A DNA stretch of 63,877 nucleotides, filler included, from Octopus bimaculoides (taxonomy: Eukaryota): the NCBI RefSeq assembly GCF_001194135.2. It is 4 parts of 4 records of this genome, joined end to end, with 100 filler letters (N's around TTAATTAATTAA, not from the genome) between each part and the next. Parts side by side here need not be neighbours in the genome. Positions count along the whole stretch, not along the records: positions 59,640 to 63,877 come from NC_068996.1; 3 more parts are not named here. One strand, 5' to 3'. Under the pieces are notes generated by a model. That model was not told where the DNA came from and did not search any database. It worked only from the letters and a program-made list of their open reading frames with translations. This document shows positions 61,914-63,877 of the stretch, one piece after another; position 1 is the stretch's first letter; each line of letters starts with the position of its first letter. Made by a program: the position numbers and the translations under genes.

Positions 61914-62765
61914 NNNNNNNNNNNNNNNNNNNNNNNNNNNNNNNNNNNNNNNNNNNNNNNNNNNNNNNNNNNNNNNNNNNNNNNNNNNNNNNNNNNNNNN
62001 NNNNNNNNNNNNNNNNNNNNNNNNNNNNNNNNNNNNNNNNNNNNNNNNNNNNNNNNNNNNNNNNNNNNNNNNNNNNNNNNNNNNNNNNNNNNNNNNNNNN
62101 NNNNNNNNNNNNNNNNNNNNNNNNNNNNNNNNNNNNNNNNNNNNNNNNNNNNNNNNNNNNNNNNNNNNNNNNNNNNNNNNNNNNNNNNNNNNNNNNNNNN
62201 NNNNNNNNNNNNNNNNNNNNNNNNNNNNNNNNNNNNNNNNNNNNNNNNNNNNNNNNNNNNNNNNNNNNNNNNNNNNNNNNNNNNNNNNNNNNNNNNNNNN
62301 NNNNNNNNNNNNNNNNNNNNNNNNNNNNNNNNNNNNNNNNNNNNNNNNNNNNNNNNNNNNNNNNNNNNNNNNNNNNNNNNNNNNNNNNNNNNNNNNNNNN
62401 NNNNNNNNNNNNNNNNNNNNNNNNNNNNNNNNNNNNNNNNNNNNNNNNNNNNNNNNNNNNNNNNNNNNNNNNNNNNNNNNNNNNNNNNNNNNNNNNNNNN
62501 NNNNNNNNNNNNNNNNNNNNNNNNNNNNNNNNNNNNNNNNNNNNNNNNNNNNNNNNNNNNNNNNNNNNNNNNNNNNNNNNNNNNNNNNNNNNNNNNNNNN
62601 NNNNNNNNNNNNNNNNNNNNNNNNNNNNNNNNNNNNNNNNNNNNNNNNNNNNNNNNNNNNNNNNNNNNNNNNNNNNNNNNNNNNNNNNNNNNNNNNNNNN
62701 NNNNNNNNNNNNNNNNNNNNNNNNNNNNNNNNNNNNNNNNNNNNNNNNNNNNNNNNNNNNNNNNN

Positions 62766-63010
62766 TGTGTGTGTGTGCGTCTGTAAGTGTGTGTGTGTGT
62801 GTCTGTGTGTGTGTGTGTGGTTGTCCCCCAACATCGCTTGACAACCAATGCTGTTGTGTTTACATCCTCGTAACCTAGCGGTTCGGCAAAAAGAGACCGA
62901 TAGTATAAGTACTAAGCTTACAAAGAATAAGTCCAGGGGTCGATTTGCTCGACTAAGGGCGGTGCTCCAGCATGGCCGCAGTCAAATGACTGAAACAAAT
63001 AAAAGAAAAA
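62766..63010 (+). mobile_element. SINE family B 3' half, young
   Basis: Close match to the other tails: GGCGGTGCTCCAGCATGGCCGCAGTCAAATGACTGAAACAA. Confidence 0.9.
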
Positions 63011-63084
63011 AGAAAGACTACTTGATGCAATGTTTGTATATTTCATTAAAGGCGTCTTCTACATCAATTTGACTATTCCTAAAG

Positions 63085-63375
63085 GTGGGGACGCATGGCC
63101 TAGTGGCTAGGGGTTGCACTCACGATCGTGGTTTGAATTCCTAGACCGTGTGATCCGTTGTGTTTTCGAACAGAACACTACATCTCACATTGATTTGCAA
63201 TGACTTTGATACCTGACGTGTGGTACTCAGTGCACCCGTTCAGGCAACGTCGATTTAATAGAGAGTGAACTAATGGGTGGCACGAGCATTTGATCACTAC
63301 AAATAAATCATTTGTGCAGGTCGGTCGGCAATAGCTGAAAGCTTATACGTCGTCTTCGAATGGAGAGTCCATCAT
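63085..63375 (+). mobile_element. Further tRNA-headed SINE-like element (family F)
   Basis: Box-A-like TGGCCTAGTGGCTAGG, box-B-like GGTTTGAATTCC; ends GGAGAGTCCATCAT. Confidence 0.55.
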
Positions 63376-63439
63376 ATTTGTGTATTTTGTGCAAATAGAA
63401 AAATTAATGCTTCTTAATTTAGTCACAAGACCCGCAATT

Positions 63440-63790
63440 GTTAGGAGTGGCGAGGTTGGAGGATTACTGGATCTGTTAACTCCAGTACTTGACATTTTGC
63501 GCATTATATCAACCCTCCAGGGAACAAAGGCAAAATCCACCCTGGTAGGAATTGAAATGCTAACGTAAGAGACAGGATAAGGTTAAAGTAAAATTCTTGA
63601 GAATAAGCTATCAATAGCCATCTGTTATTTTCGTTATGCATTTATATATCTATTTACCTATTGATTTGGTTTGGAAAGAAACACATACATTCACAATATA
63701 AATTGAGCAAATATCTACTATTCTAGCCTCAGGCTGACCAAAATTTTGTGAGTGGATTGGTAGACGGAAACAGAAAGAAAGCCCGTTGTA
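63440..63790. mobile_element. Decayed SINE A (-, 63440-63560) and SINE B head fragment (+, 63705-63790)
   Basis: Reverse complement GGTGGATTTTGCCTTTGTTCCCTGGAGGGTTGATAT resembles the SINE A body; GTGAGTGGATTGGTAGACGGAAAC is SINE B. Confidence 0.65.
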
Positions 63791-63810
63791 TTTATACATA
63801 CATACATATG

Positions 63811-63852
<42 letters not shown>

Positions 63853-63877
63853 GGAGAAATTATACCATATATATATA

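Larger units (their letters stand above)
1..63877. repeat. Very dense simple repeats: (TA)n, (CA)n, (CATA)n, (TATC)n, (TAA)n, (CAT)n, (CTT)n
   Basis: Dozens of tracts; most N-gaps are flanked by them. Confidence 0.98.

Noticed and set aside
6088-62878. Long ORFs in the ORF track (200-380 aa), including YIYI, HTHT, CVCV, poly-I/M/H/S/R
   Set aside because: They are read-through of N-gaps and microsatellites, not genes.
63423-63564. Apparent exon with AG/GT sites and an open frame (TRPAIVRSGEVGG..)
   Set aside because: The reverse complement is a decayed SINE A body.

Overview
AT-rich eukaryotic (metazoan) genomic DNA from a draft assembly. About 25 N-gaps total roughly 9 kb (~14%), and most are flanked by microsatellites. 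Three of them are artificial 100-bp spacers (44 N + TTAATTAATTAA + 44 N). The repeat landscape looks like an octopus genome; this is inference from recalled SINE families and microsatellite density. I found no host protein-coding exon, rRNA, tRNA gene or CRISPR array. Most ORF-track entries are microsatellite or N read-through. The window is a transposable-element graveyard containing: (i) several tRNA-derived SINE families, one carrying an internal microsatellite; (ii) decayed DNA transposons (two mariners, a Tc1 fragment, two Tigger/pogo copies and a Tigger-like MITE); (iii) decayed LINEs (RTE, CR1-like, Tx1/L1, R4/Dong-like RLE); (iv) several Penelope-like element (PLE, Naiad-like) pieces. 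The most interesting signals are a near-canonical type I hammerhead ribozyme motif at 51349-51397 (-) with a decayed sister ~190 nt away, and a 6.3-kb composite PLE with an inverted upstream pLTR and a nested Tx1. Also notable are a PLE 5' inversion with twin-priming geometry, a perfect 89-bp inverted templated insertion, an unclassified element with 84-bp inverted repeats, and a ~540-bp non-coding element embedded in (TAA)n. All family assignments come from manual translation and motif recognition, not database searches.
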